A DNA stretch of 64,000 nucleotides from Octopus vulgaris (GCA_951406725.2 OX597826.1:44268001-44332000), one strand, 5' to 3'. Positions 45,665 through 59,138 are shown, numbered from the stretch's first letter. Notes: a model not told the origin generated them from the sequence alone. Numbers and translations are program-made.

Positions 45665-45902
45665 ACACTAGCTGCACCCTCATTACACGTGAAAAGCCAT
45701 TGCCAAAATGAATTACTGAGGTGATTCATTATTAATGAGATGTGATGATCTTATATGACTTTTAAGCTCAGCCAAAGTTTTACATATTTTATTACATACT
45801 GCACAGCTGAACTGGCTAGTGGGAGAAACAGGTGCCAACATATGCACTCGCTTAACATGTCTTTTCAGACCTCCAACTGTGAGGCACACTCTTCCACATT
45901 TT
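45665..45902 (-). mobile_element. Probable 3' end of an RTE-type LINE with two C2H2-like fingers
   Basis: ORF 45713-45928: C..CGRVCLTVGGLKRHVKRVH and CAVCNKICKTLAELKSHIRSSH, with no TGEKP linker. Short 3'UTR; (GTAT)-type repeats on both sides. Confidence 0.55.
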
Positions 45903-46009
45903 ATACATACATACATACATACATACATTTATCCTTCTATCTTACTACTTTATTCTTCTATTCCATTCCTTATAAACTGTAAATTTTCCGTCTAAAATAT
46001 CCATACCCG

Positions 46010-46085
46010 GTCTCTGATGACGGAATACCCATTGCACGGATATGCTAACCAGCCACTCGGGTTATCCCAGGAACAGCTGTAAGAC
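46010..46085 (+). ncRNA. Minimal type I hammerhead-like motif (Penelope-type), one core substitution
   Basis: GUCU-CUGAUGA-cGGAAUACCC...GGGUUAUCC ca-GGAA(for GAAA)-C AGCU G-UA-AGAC. Palindromic ACAGCUGU, stem I GUCU/AGAC, GUA triplet. Confidence 0.65.
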
Positions 46086-46169
46086 TTCAAATTCATAATT
46101 GAATTATTCTAAATGACTTGAGATACTCGTTCTGCTTAGGTTTTGATTTTTTCTTCATATATATATGTG

Positions 46170-46580
46170 TGTGTGTGTGATTGACTTCCATTCAGTTCCA
46201 GGTTACCAAACTTATTTATTAGACATGACTCTTCTCGGCGTTGTTGTACGAGTCACTTGCGCAGGTTGCCGCGCAAAAAGTCGGGTCCCGGAAATATGTG
46301 TTCGTTGAGTTACAGGAATATAAATAAACCAACATCAGTTGCTAAGCTCCCCGGTTGGTATACAAACACAAGCACAAAGACACACCCACACATACACACA
46401 CATATATACACATATGATGGGCTTCCACACAGCATACCTCTTCCAAATTCATACACAAGGTATTGGTCGACCGGAGTGATTGCAAAGACAATTGTCCAAA
46501 GTGCTACACAAAGGAACTGAACCTCAAGTCCTACGATTGCAAAGCGAAATTCTAAGCCGCACAGCCATGCTTCAGTCTAT
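46170..46580 (-). mobile_element. Decayed SINE (family B)
   Basis: aaaccaacatcagttg, gatgggcttc, attgtccaaagtgctacaca, acagccatgc. Confidence 0.55.
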
Positions 46581-46983
46581 CTTATTCAAGCATTTAAACA
46601 TGAAATAAAAATGTTGAGATTTTGCATGCCGAACGAATTTAGCCTTAACTCATTGTATTTGTAGTTCCAAATTTATAGAAAACACCGTTGCCGAGTGTGA
46701 ACTGTTTAATTTGGCACGAGTACCGTGCATTGATAAATTATTTTTATTTCATTTTAGCCGTTGGACTGCATCTAAGATACGTTACCCCCTCTTAAAGTTT
46801 TCAGTCATTCAAATTAACTCCAGTTCTTATTTTATCACAAAAGTTTGCAGAACTAAGTTTCTGGGACGTGAACAAGCTATAATCAGATGCCAAGACTTAT
46901 TGAAGGACAAAGAAAAATACACACATACGTATAATATATACTCTCATGTGTGCGTGTGCATGCATCATATATTAGCTTATATT

Positions 46984-47046
<63 letters not shown>

Positions 47047-47094
47047 CATATACATATGTATGTATATGTATATGTATATATATGTGTGTATATA

Positions 47095-47163
<69 letters not shown>

Positions 47164-48229
47164 TTGGCTTCCTTACAGTTTCTAGTGCAAGACATTGGTC
47201 GTCTCTGGACCACTTGCACAAAGTGGCCAGGCAGGGAGACTGAACCCCAAAACATATTTCAGCAGAGTAAAATTCTTTATCAAATAGCCATGCGTATTCT
47301 AACAACGTATACAATAAAAAAAATTATTTTAAATATAATGATTCTAAAAAAACATTTCTGAATATATTATTAGTTATTTCCATATTTAAAATACATTGTA
47401 CCTCTTAAATATATTCTACCAGTAACTTTGTGGAATTTGCAAGATTTTATCGTTATTGTTTATGATGATTAGCATAGTTTCATTAATAAGAAAATTATCA
47501 TTACGATACCACAATGACAGATCCCCGTACAAAGCTTCTGGTAATTAGAATATTTTCAAAATGATTATTTAAGACACCATAAGTTTCAGCACTTTGGTAC
47601 ATCCTCTCTTCTTCGTTCCTAATAATAATAATAATAATTTATTTTTATTGCTTCCCTTTAATTTCTTCCCTCTTTACCGCCTCTTCATTCTTTAAGCACT
47701 GTTTTTGATCAAATAATTCCCATTGCATGAGAAATCCGGTAATAAATTGTCTTCCTCTTTTTCCTATTTTCCTTCATTTTTGCCTTTCTTTCTCTCAGGA
47801 TTTCGCCATATTTCATCAATTTTAATAAATAATTACTATCCGAGAAACATAAATAATGACCCTTCCAGAAATTGGAATTCCATCTCAGTTGAATAAAATA
47901 TAGCAACCTCTATATTTGCTGTTATTTGGTCTTTTGAGTAGTGTTAACATAAACACTTAATGTTTTCCTTCCTGTCAATGGATATAACACCTCTAGAAGA
48001 AATTTATTTGAATATTAACAAAATATGAAGTATTCTTTTAAAGCACATTCACAAAAACGAAGCAATATCGAGGAAATTATTATTATTTAACTTCATAATT
48101 ATTATATACAAATGCATTTTTTCCAACAGGAAAGAAATTTTACCGAAAATTTATATCCAGAATATCCAACGAAACATCAATTCATACACTACACAACAAC
48201 TATTTCTGTGAGGATTGTGGAAGTAAATT

Positions 48230-48540
48230 CCTTGGTTATCTCCTCTATAGGCTTCTATCAGAAGTAACGGACTTTACGCTTTGCAGCTGGTTTTTGGAAG
48301 CGGGGCCAACTGGGAATATGGATATTATCCAACCGACTTGTTCTTGGACCAATGCTATATTTTCCGCCAGTTGGCTTAGTTCGAAGAATCCGTATTGTGA
48401 TTCTTTGCCGCGATATTCGAGCTACATGTCCGTGATACCGTATGTGTGACCTTTCAATGCGGGTATTTAATGGTTCGACCGGGAACTACTGATTTCGTAG
48501 CTACGCATCCTATCACATAACGTTACTCTAGAGATCCTAG
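48230..48540 (-). pseudogene. Decayed RTE-clade LINE C-terminal fragment
   Basis: Manual translation: RISRVTLCDRMRSYEI and IERSHIRYHGHVARISRQRITIRILRTKPTG, matching the RTE LRWYGHV.RM...R..GRP region. Confidence 0.65.
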
Positions 48541-49173
48541 AAGTATTAATAAAGAAATGAAAAAAAGAAAAAAGCCACACCTCAACTAGACTTCAAAAAT
48601 GGGTGTTCATTCTACTACATAACATGAATTAGAACTAAATTGTTATTACATAGGTAAGAAGAAGCGATCATTGAAAACGGGAACTAGAAGTTTAGCCATT
48701 CACTTGTATAAGGAATCTCATTTAAAATATAACCAGGAAATAATAGTCATAAAAAGAAATTAATATGAAAAAAGTTATGTACGGAATATGATCGGATTTT
48801 ATGAGTGCTGGATATGAAATTTGTTTTCTGTATATATTAGTATGTATTTGTGTTAAACATATATTGAATTATATCTGTATATATTATATTTATTGATACT
48901 TTCGGCATGAAGAATGGCAGAATTACAATATAGTATATTTTTCTTATTGAGTTTGAGTTGTTGCCAGATTCTGAGATATTGGACATATTCGCCAGATATT
49001 TGAGTTATCTCTTCATAATTATGTGAAATGGAGGGAAAATATCTAGAATATACACGAAAAAGTTATCTTATGAGGTTTATCGATGTCTTGAAATACCAGT
49101 TACTACAGCGATACTGAGCGATTGAAAGCGTAATATACACAAGCAACCAGTCACTAGCAATATTTTATGGCAA

Positions 49174-49267
<94 letters not shown>

Positions 49268-49306
49268 ATGTATGTATATATATATATGTATATATATATG
49301 TATATA

Positions 49307-49359
<53 letters not shown>

Positions 49360-49875
49360 ATATATCTATACATATGTATGTATATATTTATGTGTGTGTG
49401 TGTCAAAGAGAATCTCTTAACATAATGATAGCTCATTGGTTTATGAAACTGGTCTTTACTTTCGAACTTTCAGCCACGTTTTTCATTGTATCAATATTGG
49501 GTTAATGGCGTTTGCAGAGCTTACGCCTTAAAGATTCCCAGAGAAATAATAAATCTTTCCCATGAAAAGAATATATAAATGAATTATTGTTAGTGTTGTT
49601 GTTAAGCTCCGGCCCAATTCTGACTAAGCATATCATATCCCTGAACGAAGTAGTTCCATTTTTGACCATCCTGCCTTCTTATATTCGGGATTAGTATTTA
49701 AAATTCCAGTATCCAATGCATCCTCCACCTAGTTTTGAAGTCAGTGTTGTATGTTTGAAAACAGAATAACTTTCTATTTCTATCAACTCATGAAATGACG
49801 AAGCATTTCAGTGTGTTTGAGGTCGATGCCAGTCAGCGAGTCATTGTACAATCGAAAGGGAAACAAAATTGAAAT

Positions 49876-50038
49876 AGACGTAGGAGTGGCAGTGTGGTAA
49901 GTAGCTTGCTTACGAACCACATGGTTCTGGATTCACTCCCACTGCGTGGCACCTTCGGTAGGTATCTACTACTATAGCCTCGGGCCAACCAAAGCCTTCT
50001 GGGTGGATTTGGTAGACGGAAACTGAAAGAAGCCCGTC

Positions 50039-50096
<58 letters not shown>

Positions 50097-50317
50097 ACGT
50101 TTGTGTGTCTGTGTTTGTCCCCCAAACATCGCTTGACAACCGATGCTGGTGTGTTTACGTCCCCGTCACTTAGGGGTCCGGCAAAAGAGACCGATAGAAT
50201 AAGTACTAGGCTTACAAAGAATAAGTCCTAGGGTCGATTTGCTCGACTAAAGGCGGTGCTCCAGCACGGCCACAGTCAAATGACTGAAACAAGTAAAAGA
50301 GTAAAAGAGTAAGAGTA
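49876..50317 (+). mobile_element. Full-length SINE (family B)
   Basis: GGAGTGGCAGTGTGGTAAG A-box-like, GGATTCACTCCC B-box-like, internal (TA)(TG), tail gaaacaagtaaaagagtaaaagag. Confidence 0.9.
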
Positions 50318-50999
50318 AATATTTGAAATCGAAGTCCATTGTTTCCTTCATCATAGAATCATGGTGCTCATTGGCCAGATATTCAGTATTACTTAATTTT
50401 TTTAATACTGTACTAAGCATTCTCGCCGGTTCGTGCGACAGAATTATATTTACCGGCATAGTTGAAAATGCTGACATTGGTGAAATCGCAATGTACAAAA
50501 GGTATTTGATTTGAGGTCCATGCCTTAAGAAGCAAATAACCTTATCTTTTTAATGTCACCGTTTAAAATGCATAATTATGCTCTCGTTAGTAAGTTAGGA
50601 GAGAATGGTTTTCTAAGAAACTTTCCACGGCCACTACATCACAGTTTTTTGTGCAATTGTTTGAGGTGAAAGGGCAGCACCATTGATTTCTGTGGGGGAA
50701 TGGGGAGTCAGACTGGTGAAGAAATGGAGGGAATTTATCTTCAGACTGGAGACCTAGTTCGAATACTCCCAACTGAGAGACACCCAAAAGAGAAGTAATG
50801 CTATTAATCGGGCAATACATAATTACTGCGATAGACTTTCACGCATTTTCCGTCTACCAAACTCCACTCAGGTAAGCAATTCTCTATTCTTCGCTTTATA
50901 CTTGGGACTTGTAATCAAAGATTGTCTATATATTCTTTAAGGTTTGTGGAAGGTCCCTCTTATGTCAGGCAGTATTGAAAGGTAAGTGGATAATCATTG

Positions 51000-51412
51000 T
51001 CTTTTACTTGTTTCAATCATTTGACTGTGGCCATGCTGGAGCACCGCCTTTAGTCGAGCAAATCGACCCCAGGACTTATTCTTTGTAAGCCTAGTACTTA
51101 TTCTATCGGTCTCTTTTGCCGAACCGCTAAGTTACGGGGACGTAAACACACCAGCATCAATTGTCAAGCGATGCTGGGGAGACAAACACAGACACACAAG
51201 CATACACACACACACACACACATATATATGTATATATATACATATATACGACGGGCTTCTTTCAGTTTCCATCTACCAAATCCACTCACAAGGCTTTAGT
51301 TGGCCCGAGGCTATAGTAGACGACACTTGCCCAAGGTGCCACGCAGTGGGACTGAACCCGGAACCATGTGGTTGGTGAGCAAGCTACTCACCACACGGCC
51401 ACTCCTGCGCCT
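51000..51412 (-). mobile_element. Full-length SINE (family B), inverted relative to 49876-50317
   Basis: Reverse-complement match over its whole length. Confidence 0.9.
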
Positions 51413-52257
51413 ATATTGTAGAATATTTTAAAACAACAATCAATAAATTACTTATGTTTATGTTTAGTACTTCGTTATCTGTTCAGAAAACCTCGTTATG
51501 TCTTTACATAAAACACTTTATTTTACATGTTAAAATTGATGTAGCTATCAGTACTATAATTACAAGGAAGATTTTGTATTCGTAGTGGTATTTTTAGTGT
51601 TCAGTTGTTTTCCTAACATACATAAGCCATACCTAAGTACCAAACTTATACAGCTATCAGATTCAATTAATAAATAAGTTTTGGTCAAGTAGAAAGTTAA
51701 ATTAACACATTACTGCCTGTCTCGCTTACCTTAGAATTATTAATGCTTGATAAACTGTTTGTTCTGGTTTAAATTTGAACTGTCAGAAGTCTGCTGATTA
51801 TTAAATTTTTATTATAAAATGTTAAGGGCAACTTGATCATAATGAAATCCAAAAGGAAATAGAGTGCCACTGAAATGAAATCATGAAAATATATTGGAAA
51901 CAGAATATACATAACGATACAAAACTAAGCATGTGTTTAAAAAGCTGTTGTATGCTATATAGAACTATTTCGCATGAAATTTGTACTTTTTTTACTAAAA
52001 CTTTTATAGTTATAATTCTTGTATGGAATTGATTTTATTAAACGTTGCTTGGAATCTAAACTCTTCATGGAAGCATATTCAATTTTTTTTTTTATTAATC
52101 ATTTGAACTTTCGCACAAAATATTTAATCAAACTAGAAATTAATATCAGGTTGTAACAAATGAATTTAGAAAAATCAAAATATTGGTGAATATGTGTGTA
52201 TGTATGTATGTATGTATGTATGTATGTGTGTATGTATGAATGTGTATATGTGTGTAC

Positions 52258-52296
<39 letters not shown>

Positions 52297-53375
52297 TGTA
52301 CGTGTTTTATTCCTCAGTCCATTCTCCGTTGCTTTCAATAACCTCATTCCATCTGTCGAAAATATTTGCTAGCTGCATTTATTAAAATCCGTAGGTTCTG
52401 ACCTGAATTAAGAATTAAAACATGCTGTATGTTTTGAAATTATATTTTATTTCACTGATTTTTCAAATTCCTGATAAATAAAGACGATTGTCAGTTGAGC
52501 ATAGAACGTGAGAATGCAGTTGGGGAAGCAACTTTTCCCGATCAAGTTCCTCTTGGACAGTGGCTCCCAAGCTTTCTCGGGCTGCCGCCCACTTGACACC
52601 TGGGCCACATTCTTAGTGTGCCCTACCCCAACCGTACACTTTACATAATCATCCTTACAGGCACGCGCCCTCATAGATGAGGAGCAGGTCTAAATCTCAA
52701 TGTCACGTTTAAAGCAATCACAACTGTATAATAAAGGATTAATTTCTGATCCTCAGAAACCACTATTTCTTAAAAAGGCATTTTGAACTAATTTTAATGC
52801 AATGACTCAAAGGAATCGAGACGTTGTTAATGATTTTCTTCCAATCGTGCCGGCCGCTTTTAAACCCCATTGAAAAATTTCCAAACAGTTTCAATCCATG
52901 ATAGACATTTCTATTACACTGAATTTGCTGCTAAACTTCTTGATTATATTGCCAGTATTTGATGCAGCAATTACTCTCTGTCACCGTATCAAATTCACTT
53001 TAGTTACCATGTTTTGTATCATCCTTTAGACTGAAGTCCCCCTTCTCTGAAACTGCAAAAACCACGACCTACAAGTGTTTATTCACTTACAAAATCTCTC
53101 TACTTGTATTAGCCTCTCTATGGCATCTCATTGAACATGGCATATTGAGTGTGTTCACTAGTCTGAATAAACACGGAGTTAACTTGAAAGGGTTTTATTC
53201 AATAATGTTCTTATATCCTGAAAGGTAAATGTATTGAATAGTTACGAAGGTCTCATTTGACATCTGGAAGAAATAGAACTTAATACAGAATTGTTCATAG
53301 ATATCAGTTTGAAACAAAAATGACACTTTATAAAACGTTATAAAACAATAGAATTTAATAACTAATAAATAATTA

Positions 53376-53667
53376 TTAACGAGAGGACTCAGAGAGAGCA
53401 AATCTCCGCCAAGGCAACACGAATGTCCTCTCAACGATTAGCTATTGGTGATTTTAAAAATGAGAATATCTAACATGAACTTAACAGTTCTTACAAACGA
53501 GAATACTAAAAATAAACCCGACCGCTTTCAAAATTTAAGTAAAAAAAAATGGAAAAATAATCCAGAATCCTTATCCGGCACAAGATCGACCCCAAAATCT
53601 AATCAGTTCGTGCCAGGCACAAAGCCAAACATCCCGGAAAGTCTGATCCGAATCCATCCAGTGGTTC
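53376..53667. mobile_element. Possible Helentron-associated (HINE/DINE-like) non-autonomous element
   Basis: ttaacgagaggactcagagagagcaaatctccgccaaggc start and an aatccagaatcc...aaaatctaatcagttc body resemble this class as I recall it. Interrupted by a SINE. Confidence 0.35.
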
Positions 53668-54160
53668 TTATTTCTTTATTGCCCTCAAGGGGCTAAACAT
53701 AGAGGGGGCAAACAAGGACAACAAAGGGATTAAGTCGATTAAATCGACCCCAGTGCATCACTGGCATTTAATTTATCGACCCCGAAAGGATGAAAGTCAA
53801 AGTCAACCTCAGTGGAATTTGAACTCAGAACGTAACGGCAGACGAAATACCTATTTCTTTACTACGCACAAGGGGCTAAACACAGAGGGGTCAAACAAGG
53901 ACAGACAAACGGATTAAGTCGATTACATCAACCCCAGTGCGTAACTGGTACTTATTTAATCGACCCAGAAAGGATGAAAGCAAAGTCGACTTCGGCGGAA
54001 TTTGAACTCAGAACGTAACGGCAGACGAAATAGGGCTACGCATTTCGCGCTTTACCTTTCATCCTTTCGGGATCGATAAATTAAGTACCAGTTAAGTACT
54101 GGGATTGATGTAATCGACTGGCCCCCTCCCCAAAATTTTCGGGCCTAGAGTAGAAAAGAA
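53668..54160. mobile_element. Dimeric family-A SINE (-) fused head-to-head with a + strand partial copy
   Basis: Two minus-strand units at 53668-54048, then cctttcatcctttcgggatcgataaattaagtacc on + at ~54055-54160. Confidence 0.8.
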
Positions 54161-55749
54161 CATCAAATAATGTCGATAAAGTTGTTACATACTTTTTAGG
54201 TCAAAATTTCTTGTAGACGTTCTTAACAAACTACTAAACGCTTCGTAGCTCCAGCGTATTTTACATTTGTCTCATTAATATTGCCTACAGAGTAGGTTAT
54301 AAAGGATATTATTCTTAAAACGAACTATTAAATCATAAGATCAAAAGCATGGATACCTTTTAAACGGAACTTATCTTCCTTTTAACTGATATGTCCCTCG
54401 TTGCTATCTATATATTAATATTGGGAAAATATAATTGTAATCGTGACTTTACAATCCTTTAAATGTAGAAACATAAAACAGTGATACTTCAATATGTAAG
54501 AACATTTCTCTCAATGAGGTGTTATTGAAACGGAAGAGAGGTGACTTCACATACCGTGGCTATGCAGAGAGATGTGAGGTTCTGCGAAAATATGTAACCT
54601 CCGATTACTGGTTCAGTTCAAAGAAAAGAAAGAGTTCTGTATGTCTGTTTAAAGAATAGATCAAGTGACGATAGCTTTAACGTCAAAAAGAAACAGAACA
54701 TAAGACGTTTAATAGGAAGTTATTCGGCAAGAGATTTTGAAACATCTCTATAAATGTGTCATATCTCAGTCCACCATTTAAATGTAATACATTCCATGCT
54801 GCAAACAATATTAGATATATCGATTAAACTTCAAAATTCCATATTTCCGTTGTTTCTTAGCTTTATTTCAACAGCAGATATTATATTATACAGTTGGTCA
54901 AAAATAAATATTTGATGCATTATCGTTATTGTTTTAGCAGCGCAGAGTCTTCTAAAACAATAATTTTAAACAGTGCCTTAAGTTATTAAGTTATCATTGC
55001 CGTATTTGTTACCATTTAAGACGAATATTTTCCCCCCAAGAAATTGTCTTAGAACCCCCAACTGGTTCGATATACAATGTTGGGGCTATATTGCATGCTT
55101 TAATGCCCTTAAATTCCTTTTGCTGAAACGGTGGTGCAACTAATATGCTTGTGCGTCATTTAAACCAACAAATACGGTGATCTAATTCTATTTCAGACAA
55201 GTGGAAACAAAGCTGTCGGTATCATAAATAAAACTGACATTAACAATTTTGTCACAAGTTCTTTGATAGGTTTTCTGTGAGTACTTTAGTATGCTGAAAC
55301 TAGATCTCAAATCAAACCTTTCTTGACAAGCGTAGATTTTTCTATGAACATTTAATGAAACTGTGCTTTACTGGAATCTCATGCCTGCTAAGATTTCCTT
55401 TGCACAGTCGAAAACAACCCCAACATTTCGTTTGAGGCTTACTGTAAACACAAATTCTGCAATGTATACTATAAGCAGAAATCCTTGTAGATCGTTCCAA
55501 AATCCTACGGACTTTCTAGGTCGGTGTTGAATTTAATCTGTGTTTTGGCGCTCAGATACAAAGGTTTGAATGGCTAGAAAATTTTTCCAAGACTGATTTA
55601 CAAACGTGTTTTATCTGGTCTTAGAAAAGCAGTGTAACAGATGCAATCTTTAAGGCAAAGCATTGATCTATTTTGATAAAGCATCAAGGTTCTCTGTGAA
55701 CTTAGCTAATAATTCCGTGTATGTACGAATGAAATATGAAACCAAAATC

Positions 55750-55820
55750 ATAGACCTCAGTGTAATATAGACCTCAGTATAATATAGACCTCAGTGAAAT
55801 ATAGACCTCAGTGTAATATA
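55750..55820. repeat. 17-bp minisatellite x4
   Basis: atagacctcagtgtaat unit repeated four times with single-base variants. Confidence 0.9.
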
Positions 55821-56278
55821 CAAAAATCAGTTTATAAGGAGTATGAATTTACTGTTAGAAATCTCTGGGAAACAACTGATGAATGTGAGTACTGTGATTA
55901 AATAGCCAAGTCATGAAATGAAGTGTAACTCTCAATTATAAATTGTGTTTAGAAAAACATACGTTCGGTTTGTAGTTAAGACTACCATAACTAGCGGTCT
56001 ACAGGAAGTTCACGATATTGTGATACTGTCAAATAATATCGGATTGAAGAACGCATGGATAATAACATGCTTAAGTTGTTCATGCTCCATAATGAAGGTC
56101 TGCATAAGAGATCTGATGCCTTTAGAACAAAAGTATAATGAAAACTGTACTCCTCTCTCTGTCTGTATCTCGCTTACTGTCTCTCCTTTTTCCTCCCTCT
56201 CCTCTCTCTCCCTATATATATATATATTTACGTGTATATTTATATATTCATACATACATATATATATGTATATACAAA

Positions 56279-56318
<40 letters not shown>

Positions 56319-56340
56319 AACACACACACACATATATATA

Positions 56341-56535
56341 TAAGGGCTATTACTACACTTAAATGCCCCACGCTGTTATGGGTCTCTGAAGTCAAACTTC
56401 TTCAATGAATATACAGAGCACTGAAAGCGGGGGAATGCATCATGTAAGCTACATTTTAAAAACAGGTTTATTAAAGTAGTTTGACTTCAGAGTCACATAA
56501 CAGCTTGAGGCATTTACGTGTAGTAATAGCCTTTA
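56341..56535. repeat. Palindromic element (~68-bp arms) beside (TA)n
   Basis: taagggctattactacacttaaatgcc...gaagtcaaact pairs with agtttgacttc...ggcatttacgtgtagtaatagccttta. Confidence 0.88.
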
Positions 56536-56652
56536 ATATAATGAATGTATTTATAATTAAGGGGAAAATTATATATTTTAGATTAATTTATTTCTGAACT
56601 GGATTTTCCCGCTGGCTACTTGATAAATTCTTATATAGTTTTATCCTTATAT

Positions 56653-56757
<105 letters not shown>

Positions 56758-56865
56758 TATATAAAGAGAATATGAGTGTGTGTATGAAGTGTGTACATAT
56801 GTCTATACCACTGCGCTGCATAGTGTTTTGACGGTGTTTTAATGATTTCATCTGCTAGCCGCCTT

Positions 56866-56906
<41 letters not shown>

Positions 56907-56919
56907 AGTAATAATAACA

Positions 56920-57132
56920 ATCCTTTCTACTTTAGGGACAAGGCCTGAAATTTTGAGGAGGCGGTAGTCGATTACATGAACCCCAGCACTCAACTGGTAT
57001 TAAATTATCGCATCTGAAGGGACGAAAGGCAAAGACGATCTCAGCGGAATTTGAACTCAGAACGTAGCAACGGGCGAAATACGGCTACGCATTTCGCCTG
57101 GCGTGCTAACGATTCTGCCAGCTCGTCGCCTT
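56920..57132 (-). mobile_element. SINE (family A, tail type 2)
   Basis: Consensus head and core. Confidence 0.8.
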
Positions 57133-57159
57133 CATCATAATAATAGTAATAATAGTAAT

Positions 57160-57946
57160 GGGCTACAGCAAATATTCTGCTCAATACCAAATATTTGCTT
57201 GTCATTTGTTTGACCTTAACCAGCTTAGCATATCTCTTAGTGGCTGATGATATGTGCATCTCTCATCACGGGTAGAAGTAGTGGGGAGCATCATAAATAT
57301 GAGTTGAGAGGAATTATTTGGGGTCTAGATAATTCACCTCTGAAAACATGGGTGTTTTGTTCAACATCTTTGTATAACCCTTATTCAAGGACCTTTTGAG
57401 CGGGATAGGCTACTCGTCCTGAAGAAAATTCTAACTGGGCCCCACCTGCAAGTTCATGCGCTATTTAGAAAAGGGAATGTTCCATATCGTAAGGCAAAAA
57501 TGTTATGTGTTTAGTATAAGCAGTGAAATCTACGACGGAATAATTACTATTCCGTCGTGTAGTGACTTCGCCCTCGTGTCACAACCTACACATCAGTGTT
57601 TATCTGGGAACTTGGCTTCCAGATCTGTGCGACCTACAAATGCCGCTGTTAGGACCGGATGAACACCCATAGGGACACTAACGAGTCATGGGTGTTCCAT
57701 TCAACAGCCTTGAACAACCCTCAGTCAGGGACCTTCTGAGAGGGATGGGCTATTCCATTTCAAGAAAATTCTATGTCCCACCTGAAAGGTCATGTGCTCT
57801 TTAACTTGATATGAGATCACAATGTCGCGCCTATATGGTTGTAATGCAAGTGTATACTTATCAGACGGGTAGTCATGATGGGTATATTGGGCTTCATATA
57901 TTTGTACCCCAGTGTTACTATGATGGCATGCGCTGTTCTCGCATTC
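57160..57946. repeat. Unclassified interspersed repeat abutting (AAT)n; internal ~110-bp duplication
   Basis: 57348-57460 resembles 57688-57800. The end accccagtgt...atgc.ctg.tctc.ca.tcaataat recurs at 59072-59115. Confidence 0.5.
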
Positions 57947-57989
<43 letters not shown>

Positions 57990-58019
57990 TTAATAATAAT
58001 AATAATAATAATAATCATG

Positions 58020-58107
<88 letters not shown>

Positions 58108-58151
58108 TAATAATAATAATAATAATAATAATTATAATAATGATAGTAATA

Positions 58152-58358
58152 ATCCTTTCTACTAAAAGCACAAGGCATGAATTTGGAGGAAGGGGACTAG
58201 TCGATTACATCGACCCCAGAGTTTCACTGGTACTTAATTAATCGACCCCCAAAAGATAAAAGGCAAAGTCGACCTCGGCGGAATTTGAACTCAGAATGTA
58301 GTGACGGGCGCAATACCACTAAGCATTTCGTCCAGTGTGCAAACGATTCTGCCAGCTC
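58152..58358 (-). mobile_element. SINE (family A, tail type 2)
   Basis: Consensus core and head between (AAT)n and (GAT)n. Confidence 0.8.
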
Positions 58359-58403
58359 ACGATGATGATAATGATGATGATGATGATGATGATGATGATG
58401 TTA

Positions 58404-58453
<50 letters not shown>

Positions 58454-58479
58454 CCAAGCCAAAGATAGGAAAAGTTTGC

Positions 58480-58720
58480 GGAAGGCAAAGGTGACGATTG
58501 GTAACGTTGTGACTGGTACACTTGGTACAACACCCGAACTAATACTTAAGAGGCTGAAGAGTATTGGAGTGGAGACACGAATTATCGAACAGCAGGAAAG
58601 TACCATTGTGTATTCAGTAAGAATCCAAAGAAAGGTTCTTGAGCTCTTTAGGGTGATTCTCCTCACCAAACTTGAAGATAACATCCGTTCTAATGAGATT
58701 AACGTAGCTTAGCTTTCGAA
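58480..58720 (+). pseudogene. 3' end of a third, older R4/Dong-like subfamily
   Basis: KVTIGNVVTGTLGTTP...IIEQQESTIVYSVRIQRKVL aligns with VTIPVIVGALGMI...QEVQKIVFTGTSHVLRRAL. (AAT)n follows. Confidence 0.65.
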
Positions 58721-58733
58721 TAATAATAATAAC

Positions 58734-58822
<89 letters not shown>

Positions 58823-58866
58823 TAATAATAATAATAATAATGATGACGATGATAATAATAATAATG

Positions 58867-58897
<31 letters not shown>

Positions 58898-59001
58898 TGA
58901 CGATGATAATAATGATGATGATGATGATGATGATGATGATAATAATAATAATAATGATAATAATAATAATAATAATAATGATGACGATGATAATAATAAT
59001 A

Positions 59002-59060
<59 letters not shown>

Positions 59061-59138
59061 GGGTATATTTCACCCCAGTGTCACTTTGATGTCATGCACT
59101 GCTCTCTCACTCAATAATGATAATAATAATAGTTGTTT

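Noticed and set aside
55750-55820. CRISPR-like array (also 13931-14135)
   Set aside because: Head-to-tail tandem repeats without unique spacers, in eukaryotic DNA with no cas genes.
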